This document shows, piece by piece, positions 1-8,484 of a DNA stretch of 56,540 bases. A program made the position numbers and the translations under genes. Position 1 is the stretch's first letter; the number at the start of each line of letters is the position of its first letter. The stretch comes from Candidatus Zixiibacteriota bacterium (GTDB taxonomy: Bacteria; Zixibacteria; MSB-5A5; GN15; FEB-12): assembly GCA_041742355.1 (NCBI GenBank), contig JBGSIV010000215.1:1-56540 (forward strand). Reading direction: 5' to 3'. The notes under the pieces are model-generated. The model saw only the letters and a program-made list of their open reading frames with translations. It was not told the origin of the DNA and made no database searches.

Positions 1-140
1 TCCGCTCAGGATGACGTTTTGGATACGCTGAGGGTGACGTGCTGGAGTCAATCAATCGGTGTAGGTTCTGATGTCAGGCTCCAAGGAGCCTGACCTACTC
101 GGAGAGAGATTGCTTCGGCGTTTGCGTCTCGGAATGGCGG
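1..140. repeat. Cluster of REP-like palindromes
   Basis: Hairpin TGTCAGGCTCC-AA-GGAGCCTGAC-CTAC (72-98) recurs identically at 22446-22472, and in both places is followed by GAGAGATTGCTTCG. Fragments ending ...CGCTCAGGATGAC and ...CGCTGAGGGTGAC lie at 1-38. Confidence 0.7.
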
Positions 141-182
141 CGTCTCGGCGTTAGTTTGGGTCAAGGCCATGAGCCTGAGGGC

Positions 183-256
183 TGTTTAGTGTCAGGACAT
201 GGTATACATCTTGTGTCATGACATGGTATACATCTTGTGTCAGGACATGGTATACA
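183..256. repeat. Three tandem 24-bp units GTGTCA(G/T)GACATGGTATACATCTT; probable orphan IS481-like transposon end
   Basis: Units at 189-212, 213-236 and 237-256 (last one truncated), preceded by TGT at 183. TGT followed by iterated ...GACAT...ACA motifs resembles IS481-family ends. No transposase nearby. Confidence 0.55.
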
Positions 257-387
257 GAGAGAGGCTGTGCGGCTGAAGGCAGATTTCAAACTTTCGGGAA
301 CACGCGACAGGGTGTATAATGGAAAGTCCAGGGAAGGGTTACGACTGATGACTTTCGATTGGAGTGGATGAGGCCGGTATGAGGGAT

Positions 388-1215
388 ATGAAAAGAACGA
401 CAGGACACGTTTTCACGAAGTCCTCTTTCGCAGTGATCTGTCTCGTGGCCCTTATGGTCAGCGGGTGCGGGGGATCGAAAGCGGTGAAGACCGACGGTCA
501 GTATGCCGCGGGACTTGCGGCCGACGGTGTCTCGTCGGATTGGAATTCTCTGTCGGCGCGGTATATCCAGGACGAGGAGGCGGTGGTCGGTGTCGCCAAC
601 GACGACCAGTACCTGTACGTGATGCTGCGCTTCCGGGACCCGGTGTATGCGTCGGCCATACAAATGGCGGGGCTCACGCTCTGGCTCGATCCGACCGGCG
701 GGAGAGACAAGCGGTATATGCTGAAATACCGTGGCGGGCCGCAGCCGGATGAAGGGTCGCTGCCTGAGCACGTGCGTGCCGAGCGCCGTCGGTATTTGAC
801 CGCGGCGGCCATGGGGGACTCGCTCGCGGCGGAGCGGTTGTCGATCATGATCCGCGATGAGATCGAAGAGATGCCGATTTCGGTCGGCGGCGACGAAGGA
901 CCGCTGGTCGCCTCGGGGATGGATCAGGGGTTCTATGTCTACGAATTTCGGCTGCCGCTCGGTGTGCCGAGGGTGCGATACTACGCGGTCGATGTTGCGG
1001 CCGGGGCACAGGTGGGAGTGGGTCTGCAGTGGGGAAATCAGTCGCGGCCGGATGTCCTTTCGGAGATTTCACGCAACCGGGTGCTCGGCGAGGACATGAT
1101 GCAGCCGCCGGACAATGCCCGTCCGGGCGGACGACCCGACGAGATGGGGGAGCCGATGGCGCGGATGAAGGAGCATGAGATCCGCCTGACGGCGACGATT
1201 GCGGCGAAAGAGTAG
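388..1215 (+). CDS. Hypothetical lipoprotein
   Basis: Signal peptide ending in lipobox LMVSG-C; GAGGGA before ATG 388; host-like codon usage. Confidence 0.75.
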   Translation: MKRTTGHVFTKSSFAVICLVALMVSGCGGSKAVKTDGQYAAGLAADGVSSDWNSLSARYIQDEEAVVGVANDDQYLYVMLRFRDPVYASAIQMAGLTLWLDPTGGRDKRYMLKYRGGPQPDEGSLPEHVRAERRRYLTAAAMGDSLAAERLSIMIRDEIEEMPISVGGDEGPLVASGMDQGFYVYEFRLPLGVPRVRYYAVDVAAGAQVGVGLQWGNQSRPDVLSEISRNRVLGEDMMQPPDNARPGGRPDEMGEPMARMKEHEIRLTATIAAKE

Positions 1216-1600
1216 GCCGCACGACCGCGCATCGCATCGGGTAGACGCCAGGCCCCGCAGGCGGTGCTTCGAGTGCTATCGGTCGTTCGGCTGCATGGCA
1301 TTTCTCAGAGTCAGTCCTCTTCTCACCACTACCGGTGGGCCACACAATTTCACAGGCAGAGCCGGAGACATTGTGGGCGCGGGCAGGCGCGCCCGGCCGA
1401 GGCGCAAGGCGCCGGCCTTATCATGGACGGCCGCCGTATTTTTTTGCCGTCGGGCCAATTCAGGCTGGCGTAAGAGATCAAATTAGTCGATATTTGTGTC
1501 TTCACAACTTTTTGGCGCAACCGGATTACACATCGGGCAGTACACCACCGTAACAAATGTCTGAAAGACAAGGGAGCGAGTGTTGCTGGAACGCAGGTAT

Positions 1601-4414
1601 ATGCATTCATCGGCCGGACCGGGTCTGTTCCCGGGCGGGGCGCTGGTGGCGAATTACCGGATAATCCGCAAGGTTGGATCGGGGGGAATGGGGGAGGTGT
1701 ACCTGGCCGACGATCTCCGGCTCAAGCGGCCGGTGGCGCTCAAATTTCTCAACCGGGAGTTCAGCCGTGACGATCGGCAGCGCCGGCGATTCCTGAGCGA
1801 GGCGGCTTTGGCCGGCCGGCTTGACCATCCGAACATTGTCGTCGTGTACGACGCGGGGGAGGACGGGGAGCGCCTCTACTACGCGATGCAGTATGTGGAT
1901 GGCCGCACGCTGCGGGAGATAATCGACACCGAGGTGATTGACTACGAACGGGCGGTCAGCTATGCCGTACAGATCTGCTCGGGGCTGGCCAAGGCGCACG
2001 AAGCGAACATCATCCACCGGGATCTGAAGCCCGGGAATATCCTGCTCAATTCCGACGGGCTGTTGAAGATTCTCGATTTCGGACTGGCCCGTCTTGAGGT
2101 GGACCCGGCCGGGACACTTTCGACGGGAATCGTTGGGACGCCAAATTATATGTCGCCGGAGCAGGCTGAAGGAATGCCGGTGGATCACCGGACGGACCAG
2201 TTTTCATTCGGCACGATTTTTTTCGAGTTGCTGACCGGGGTGAACCCGTTCGCGCGGGGGCATATCCCGGCGACGGTGCACGCGATAATTCACGATCCGG
2301 CGCCCCCGCTCGCGGCCTATCGCCCCGATATCCCGCCCGACTGCCAGCAGATTGTCGACCGGGTACTGGCCAAACGTCCGGAACACCGGTATGCGTCGGC
2401 GGTGACGCTGCTGCAGGATCTGTCGCTGCTGTTGACAAAGAGGTCGCCGGTCCGTCGGGATGCCGCCCGGAGCGCGGTACGTACGGATCTGCAGGGTTTG
2501 GCGGTGCTGCTCTTGAAGAACCTCGGCGACAGCACCGATGATCACCTGAGCTACGGCATCACGGAGGATCTCATTGTCGATTTGAGCCGGGTCGGGGCAC
2601 AGCAGGTTGTGCCGTTGCGGCGGGTGATGAAATTTGCCGAGGGGACGATCGATCCCCGGGATATCGCGACACAGCTCGGGGTGGGGCTGGTGCTGGACGG
2701 GTCCATTCAGCGGCTGGAGGGCCGGATCCGGGTAGCGCTGCACTTGTACGATGCGGCGCAGGACAAGTCGGTGTGGGCCGAGCGCTGGGAGGAGAGCTGC
2801 GACAACCTGCCGCAGGTGAAGCGGGAGCTGGTGGAGGCGGTGGCGCGGCAGCTGGGGGTAACGAGCGACGTGCGGCAACAGGCCGGGATCAACGAGCTCG
2901 CGGCCCGTGACTCGGAGGCCTATGAAATGTACCTCCGGGGGAACTACCTGTTCGAGAAGAAGAAGTCGCGCGAGGATGTGGAAGCGGCAATGGGGCTGTT
3001 CGAGAAGGCGCTCGAGCGGGAGCCGTCGCTCCTGGCGGCCCGGGCCGGAATCGCGCGGGTGTTGACGTTTCGGACGGAGTACGATCGGGCGGCAACCGTG
3101 CTCCAGGAGGCGCTGGCCGACAGTAAACGCCGGTCGCAGCGCGATGATCAGGCGCGGCTGTACTCGCTCCTGGGAAAAGTGGAGAGCCTTCGGGGAAACT
3201 ACGTCGAGGCGCGCGACTGCCACTGGCGGGCTATCGACATCTGCCGCGACATCGATTCTCCGACCGATGAAATCGCGGCCCGGTCAGGTTTGCTGTCGAC
3301 GATCCGCATGCATGGTCTGTTCGAAGGGGCGGATGACCAGTTCGACCGGATCATGCAGCTGTGCCAGCGAGCCGGGCGGCGGGAGTTGTCGCTCGATGCC
3401 TTGTCGATGATGGGGTGGATCAACCTCGACCGCGGGCGGGAGCGCCAGGCACGGGAAATGTTCGGAGCGGGGCTGACGATCGCTCGGGAGATCGGGGACA
3501 CGACGCGCGAGGCGGTCATGCTCAACTCGATCGCGGCGTCGTATATCGGCAAGACGGGAGAGGCGAATTCGCGTACGGAGTTGGAGTACTACGAGCGGGC
3601 GCGGTCGTTGTGGCAGAAGATGGGGGACAAGCGGGCGCAGGCGGGGGCCTCGCACAATATCGGCCTCGTGCACCTGAAATCGGGGCGGTTTTCGGAGGCA
3701 TTGCGGCATTTCGAGTCCTCGGCGGAAGCGATGAAGGCGCAGGGGGAACGGGCGTACTACGCGCTGTTTGTGGCGAACATCGCAGAGGGGCTCGCGGCCG
3801 TCGGCGAGTACGCGAAAGCGGCGGAGCGGGCGATCGAAGCGCGCGACCTTGCGCAGGAAATCAATCACCCGGCGTACGTGGCCCAGGCGGAGACCAGCCT
3901 CGCCAATGCCTATGCGCTGATGGGCCAGACCGAGCCGGCGATCGAGATCCTCGACCGCATTGCGACGCTTTCCGAGGAGAAGGGGTTTGCCTGGCAACTG
4001 GTGAAGGCGTGCATGCACCGGGGCGAACTGGAGTTCGAGCGGGGGGACTTCAATTTGGCCGAGGAAATGTTCGCGCGGGGGTTGCGGAGCGCCGAAGGGA
4101 GCGGCTACGCCCTGTTCACGATCCGGATTGAATGCTACCAGGCGGCGCTGAGTGTGGCGCGGGGGCACTACCACGACGGCATCGTGGCGCTGTCACTGAT
4201 GGCCGATCGCACCGACAGCCCGCCGATGGACATCACCCGCCGGCGGCTGCTGGGGTTCTCGATGGCGCGATTCAGCCGGAGCGAGGAAGATCGCAACGGG
4301 GGCATTGAGGTGCTCCGGGCCGCGCTGCGCGACGCGGAGCGCATGGGTTACCGTCAGGAGTGCGATCTGATCGATCGCGCGCTAGAGCATCTCGAGCAAA
4401 CATCGTCGGAATAA
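1601..4414 (+). CDS. Hanks-type Ser/Thr protein kinase with TolB-N-like domain and TPR repeats
   Basis: Motifs GSGGMG, VALK, HRDLKPGN, DFG, YMSPE; then AVLLLKNL...GITEDLIVDLS and a long helical TPR-like C-terminus. Confidence 0.93.
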   Translation: MHSSAGPGLFPGGALVANYRIIRKVGSGGMGEVYLADDLRLKRPVALKFLNREFSRDDRQRRRFLSEAALAGRLDHPNIVVVYDAGEDGERLYYAMQYVDGRTLREIIDTEVIDYERAVSYAVQICSGLAKAHEANIIHRDLKPGNILLNSDGLLKILDFGLARLEVDPAGTLSTGIVGTPNYMSPEQAEGMPVDHRTDQFSFGTIFFELLTGVNPFARGHIPATVHAIIHDPAPPLAAYRPDIPPDCQQIVDRVLAKRPEHRYASAVTLLQDLSLLLTKRSPVRRDAARSAVRTDLQGLAVLLLKNLGDSTDDHLSYGITEDLIVDLSRVGAQQVVPLRRVMKFAEGTIDPRDIATQLGVGLVLDGSIQRLEGRIRVALHLYDAAQDKSVWAERWEESCDNLPQVKRELVEAVARQLGVTSDVRQQAGINELAARDSEAYEMYLRGNYLFEKKKSREDVEAAMGLFEKALEREPSLLAARAGIARVLTFRTEYDRAATVLQEALADSKRRSQRDDQARLYSLLGKVESLRGNYVEARDCHWRAIDICRDIDSPTDEIAARSGLLSTIRMHGLFEGADDQFDRIMQLCQRAGRRELSLDALSMMGWINLDRGRERQAREMFGAGLTIAREIGDTTREAVMLNSIAASYIGKTGEANSRTELEYYERARSLWQKMGDKRAQAGASHNIGLVHLKSGRFSEALRHFESSAEAMKAQGERAYYALFVANIAEGLAAVGEYAKAAERAIEARDLAQEINHPAYVAQAETSLANAYALMGQTEPAIEILDRIATLSEEKGFAWQLVKACMHRGELEFERGDFNLAEEMFARGLRSAEGSGYALFTIRIECYQAALSVARGHYHDGIVALSLMADRTDSPPMDITRRRLLGFSMARFSRSEEDRNGGIEVLRAALRDAERMGYRQECDLIDRALEHLEQTSSE

Positions 4415-4434
4415 CTCTGGATCTATATCCCCCC

Positions 4435-4469
4435 AAAAAGGAACTGACGGCGACGTAATCGCCGTCAGT
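4435..4469 (-). terminator. Intrinsic terminator
   Basis: 11-bp stem ACTGACGGCGA/TCGCCGTCAGT with 5-nt loop, followed by TCCTTTTT on the minus strand only. Confidence 0.8.
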
Positions 4470-4550
4470 CTGCGTCACCTCAGATCGGTCGACCTGGGTC
4501 AGGGGGACTACGCTGTCCCTCTGTCTCTTCCCCCTGTTCTTGTGATGTCT
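4435..4550 (-). ncRNA. Putative sigma54-dependent small RNA (about 115 nt)
   Basis: Lies between a -24/-12 motif and a minus-strand intrinsic terminator. Contains hairpins CAGGGGGA/UCCCCCUG (4500-4536) and CAGGUC/GAUCUG (4481-4496). No credible ORF. Confidence 0.55.
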
Positions 4551-4561
4551 ACTAATCGGAT

Positions 4562-4712
4562 ATCAACTGGCGTGCCGGCGAGTGCGGCACTCAATAAATC
4601 GTTGAAAGATGTTGCGGGCAATGAGGATGCGTCGTGGTTGCGGTTCTTCGACGGGTTGCGCAGCGCGGATATGACCTCAGGGCGGTAGCGCGGCGGGGGT
4701 CAGAATGACCTC
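4562..4712 (-). promoter_or_regulatory. Sigma54 promoter with IHF-like site and upstream activator sequences
   Basis: Minus strand CCGGCACGCCAGTTGAT (GG at 4576-4575, 10-nt spacer, GA instead of GC at -12). IHF-like TTTCAACGATTTA at 4607-4595. Palindrome GGTCA-N3-TGACC at 4698-4710 and a second ATGACCTC at 4671-4678. Confidence 0.62.
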
Positions 4713-4727
4713 GCGGTCTCTCGGCGC

Positions 4728-6113
4728 TTAGTCGCGATAGGCGGTCGGATCGATCTGGTGCCCCTGCATCTTGCGGCGAAGGTTGGCGCGATCCATGCCA
4801 AGTCGTCGGGCGGCTTCGGCGATATTGTACTCGGCCACGGCCAGGGTTTCGATGATCAGGCGGCGCTCGAATTCATGAACCCGCTCGGCGAGGGATGCGG
4901 TCTGTTCGGCGGCATCGGATGGCTCGCAGCGCAGGGCGGCGCGGATCTGTTCGTGGGTAATCACATCGGATTCGGCCAGGGCAAGAACAGCCTCGAGGGT
5001 ATGCTGCAACTGGCGAACGTTGCCGGGCCAGTCGTGGGCGAGGAGGAGGGACAGGGCCTCGGGTTCGAGCACTTTGGGAGGGCAGCCGCGTTCGACCGTG
5101 AAGCGGTCGATGAAGCGCCGGACAAGCAGGGGAATGTCGTCGCGGCGATTCCGCAACGGGGGCATGGTGATCGTAACCCCGCAGAGGCGGTAGTAGAGAT
5201 CTTCGCGGAACTTGCCTTCGTCGCGTAGTTTTTCGAGGTCGCGGTGCGTGGCGCAGAGAACGCGGACCTCGGTTCGGGCAGTACTGCTGGATCCGACCGG
5301 CTGGAACTCGCCGGTTTCGAGAATGCGCAGGAGTTTGGCTTGAGTGGTGATGTCGAGGTCGCCGACTTCATCGAGAAAGACCGTGCCGCCGGAGGCATAG
5401 CTGAAGAGGCCCTCGCGATCGGTGACGGCGCCGGTGAACGCGCCTCTGACATGGCCGAAGAGCTCGGACTCGACGAGATCCGGCGCCTTGTGGTTGCAGT
5501 TGAGGATGCCGAACGTACGCTCCCGGCGAACGGAGCCGAAGTGGAGCGCGCGGGCGACAAGCTCCTTGCCGGTGCCGGTCTCGCCGAGAATCATAACCCG
5601 GCTGTCGGACCGGAGGAGTTTGCGGATGGTGAGGTAGATGTCGAGCATCGGTTCGGAGCGGCCGATGAGCCCGAAATTGGCTTCGGCGAAGTCAGCCAGG
5701 GCTTTGCGATCAGTGCGGAAACGATAGGCCTCGACCGCATTGCGCACCGAGCGCGTCAGGCGAGAGATGGCGTCCCCCTTCTGGATGTAGTCGAAAGGTT
5801 TCTCGGTTTCGTCGAGTTTATCTTCGTCGTAGTCGCCCGGGTATCCGGTGTGGAAGATCACAGGGAGATCGGGCAGCCGCTCGCGGATCCGCCTCGCCGC
5901 GGTGATGCCGTCGATATCGGCCATCTTGATATCCATGACCACCGTCGCAATGTCGGGGTGCTGCCGGGCGAGGTCGACCGCCTCAGCGCCGCAGGTGGCC
6001 ACGATGACGTCGTAGTCGTCGCTGAGCAGTTCGGCCAGCGCGTCGAGGACGAAGCGGTCGTCGTCGACGACGAGAATCTTGTCCTTTGCGCCAGAGAGAG
6101 CAGGGGTAGGCAT
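4728..6113 (-). CDS. NtrC-family sigma54-dependent response regulator (REC-AAA+-Fis HTH)
   Basis: ILVVDDD, MDIKM, Walker A GETGTGKE, ESELFGHVRGAFTGA, FLDEV, WPGNVRQL, C-terminal HTH. Has its own ATG at 6113. Confidence 0.93.
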   Translation of the reverse strand: MPTPALSGAKDKILVVDDDRFVLDALAELLSDDYDVIVATCGAEAVDLARQHPDIATVVMDIKMADIDGITAARRIRERLPDLPVIFHTGYPGDYDEDKLDETEKPFDYIQKGDAISRLTRSVRNAVEAYRFRTDRKALADFAEANFGLIGRSEPMLDIYLTIRKLLRSDSRVMILGETGTGKELVARALHFGSVRRERTFGILNCNHKAPDLVESELFGHVRGAFTGAVTDREGLFSYASGGTVFLDEVGDLDITTQAKLLRILETGEFQPVGSSSTARTEVRVLCATHRDLEKLRDEGKFREDLYYRLCGVTITMPPLRNRRDDIPLLVRRFIDRFTVERGCPPKVLEPEALSLLLAHDWPGNVRQLQHTLEAVLALAESDVITHEQIRAALRCEPSDAAEQTASLAERVHEFERRLIIETLAVAEYNIAEAARRLGMDRANLRRKMQGHQIDPTAYRD

Positions 6114-6120
6114 AGGTAAG

Positions 6121-8354
6121 TCAGTCTCCGGTTCCGGGGTTGGCGCTTCGCAGTGACAGGAGGAAGCAGCAGCCGCGGGGGCGGCTTCCTCGATCGTCAC
6201 GGTTCCATTGTACATATCGACCAGACGCCGGACGGTGGCCAGTCCGAGGCCGGTGCCGGTGTCGGGCTTGGTCGTGTAGAAAGCATCGAAGACGCGGCCG
6301 CGATGCTCGGGGGGAATGCCGGGGCCGTTGTCGGCGAGCTTGAGCAGGACTGCGCCGTCGGCAATCGACCAACGGATGTCTATGGCCGCATCGGGCCGGC
6401 CGGCGAGAGCGTCAAGGCTGTTGCGCAAGAGGTTGGTCAGGATCAGCCCAAGGTGGATGCGTCCGAAGACGACGGCGGTATCTGCGGGGCCGTCGGTGGT
6501 GACGTTGATGCCACGTTCACAGAAAGGAATGGAGAGATCCTTGACGGCGGAGGCGAGCGTTTCCGCGAGATTACAGACTTCGGGGTTGTACTCGGACTCG
6601 AGTTTGGTGTACCGCGAGATGAGGGTGGTCAGATCGATAGCGCGGGTGACGGCGCGGTTGAGGTCGTGCACGCGGGCGGGGATTTCGGCAGCGGCGACGG
6701 TCTGCGCGGGGTCCGCTTTGCCGAGGCGATTGAGAGCAAAGCGGGCGGGGAAGAGGGCGTTGCGGATTTCATGCGCGAACGCGCCGGCGATATCCTTGGC
6801 CTGTTTGTATTTCTCCTGTTCGACGATGACGGCCTGGGCCTGTTTCAGCGCTTCGTGCGCTTCAGCCAGCTCGGTGTTCTTGGCCTTCAGGCGTTGTCCG
6901 AAGACGAGGCTCAGGAGCAATCCCACGCCGAGCGCAAACATCCCGGCCAGGACATAGAACTGATGGCGCCGGTAGAAGATCGAGAGGTAGTCCCAGAAGG
7001 CGCGGGGGGAGAGTTGGACGATCCACTGCGCGCCATTTTCGCCAATGACGGCAAGGGCGGTTACTTCCCCCGCCGGACCTCTCGCCATGACCGCGACGGC
7101 CTGGGCGTCGGGGAGGAGGGCGAGGCGGTTCAGTCGGGCGTCGTAGAGAGCGGCACCATCGTCGTTGTCGATGGCGAAGGCGTCGTTCTTCCCGTCAAAG
7201 TGCGGGACCACGGTTACGTCTCCTGACATCACCGCTTTGAACCGGGCGACCGGTTTGAGATCCTGGGTCAGCACGAGTACGCCGTTGTCACGGAGATTGG
7301 CGTACAGCTCGTTTCGGCCGTCGGCATTATAGTCCCCCAACCACATGCCGTCGCCATTCGTTGCGGAGTCCATGTGCGCCAGGGCCGTCGTGTTGCCCCA
7401 GCCGTCGACGCGCTCGATAATCGTTCCTTTCCATTCCCCCGGCACTGTGTCTGGCGAGGAGTGGTACATCACGAAATACGAGTTCAGGGAATCGCCGGGA
7501 AGCACGCTCACGTAATGGGGGTAGTCGGTAATCTGACGGGCGGCGGCAATCCTGCCGGTGCGGTCGACGCGGATGAAGTATCCGTGAGCATCGGAAAAGA
7601 GGGTGTCGGTCGCCCCGTGGCCGGTTGCCCCGGAGCCGAAGATCACACCTGGGTTGAGGGAGTCGCGGCAATCGAATATATCCACGAAGCAGGGGGAGGC
7701 AATTTGCACCTGCCATTCGATGGAAAACGGATCGGGGTGGACGCAGAAGAGCATCCGCGGGGCGAGATCGCGCAAAGGATTCAAGTAGAAGAAGATCTCG
7801 GCGTGGCCGTCGAAGTCATAGTCCGAGGTCAATACGTGGTGGAAGAGGCCTTTCCAGCGACCGTCGCGCGTGCGATCGGTGCCGGTAGCGGCAAAAAGGG
7901 TGTCGACGGGGCCCCTGGGGAAGTGGGCTTTCATCAGCCACGCGGTATCGAGCCCGAACCCGGCCAGGTACACCATGAGCGAATCCCCCTGAGGCAGACC
8001 GGAGGCGCCCGAGAGGTGCAGGTCGATCGGCCGCTCGTAAATGATTGTGCCGGTGTTCGGGTACCCTGTCCAGCACAGATGGGCGGGGAGGTCTTCGGAC
8101 TCCGGGTAGTTGTAGGCTTTGAGCAGTGATCCCTTGGGCTGATCCGGTCTAATCTCCCGAACCACATGCAGGGACTTGTCGACTACGCCGGTGGGATTGT
8201 TCACGGGAGCAAAGATGGACTGAACGGTGGTGCTGTAGGGCAGGTAGGCGGTGTCGGCATCGCTGTCGAGAGCGACGGTCGGCACGTCGGCGTTAACAGA
8301 CGCACAGAGAAGAAGGCAGAGACAAACGGCGATGGGTGCGGAGATGACTGACAA
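6121..8354 (-). CDS. Membrane sensor histidine kinase with large extracytoplasmic domain; apparent 1-nt frameshift near the 3' end (6177-6181)
   Basis: Signal peptide, FG-GAP-like motifs, TM helix, H-box FAHEIRNAL, N-box NLLRNSLDA, DNGPGI, FYTTK, GTGLGL. The canonical end PRGCCFLLSL...* lies in another frame ending at 6121. Promoter TTGACT-17-TATCTT overlaps the TTG at 8411, favouring a start at 8354. Confidence 0.85.
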
Positions 8355-8484
8355 GCGAGGCTTCCCTTCGGCTTCACCGAGTACACTGCGTCCGGTTTCC
8401 CTAATGGACAAAGATACACAGGATCCCGCCTTCAGTCAAGATCGAGATCCGGCCGCACGACCGGCGCACGAAACGGATGAATCG

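Noticed and set aside
189..256. Possible mini CRISPR array
   Set aside because: Units are head-to-tail with no spacers, and there are no cas genes in the window.
4272..4478. 68-aa ORF as the product of the sigma54 promoter
   Set aside because: It runs through the terminator and antisense into the kinase gene, with no convincing RBS.
4728..8411. Single 1227-aa hybrid protein taken at face value
   Set aside because: The canonical kinase C-terminus and stop lie in the adjacent frame and the regulator has its own ATG; treated as a probable frameshift.
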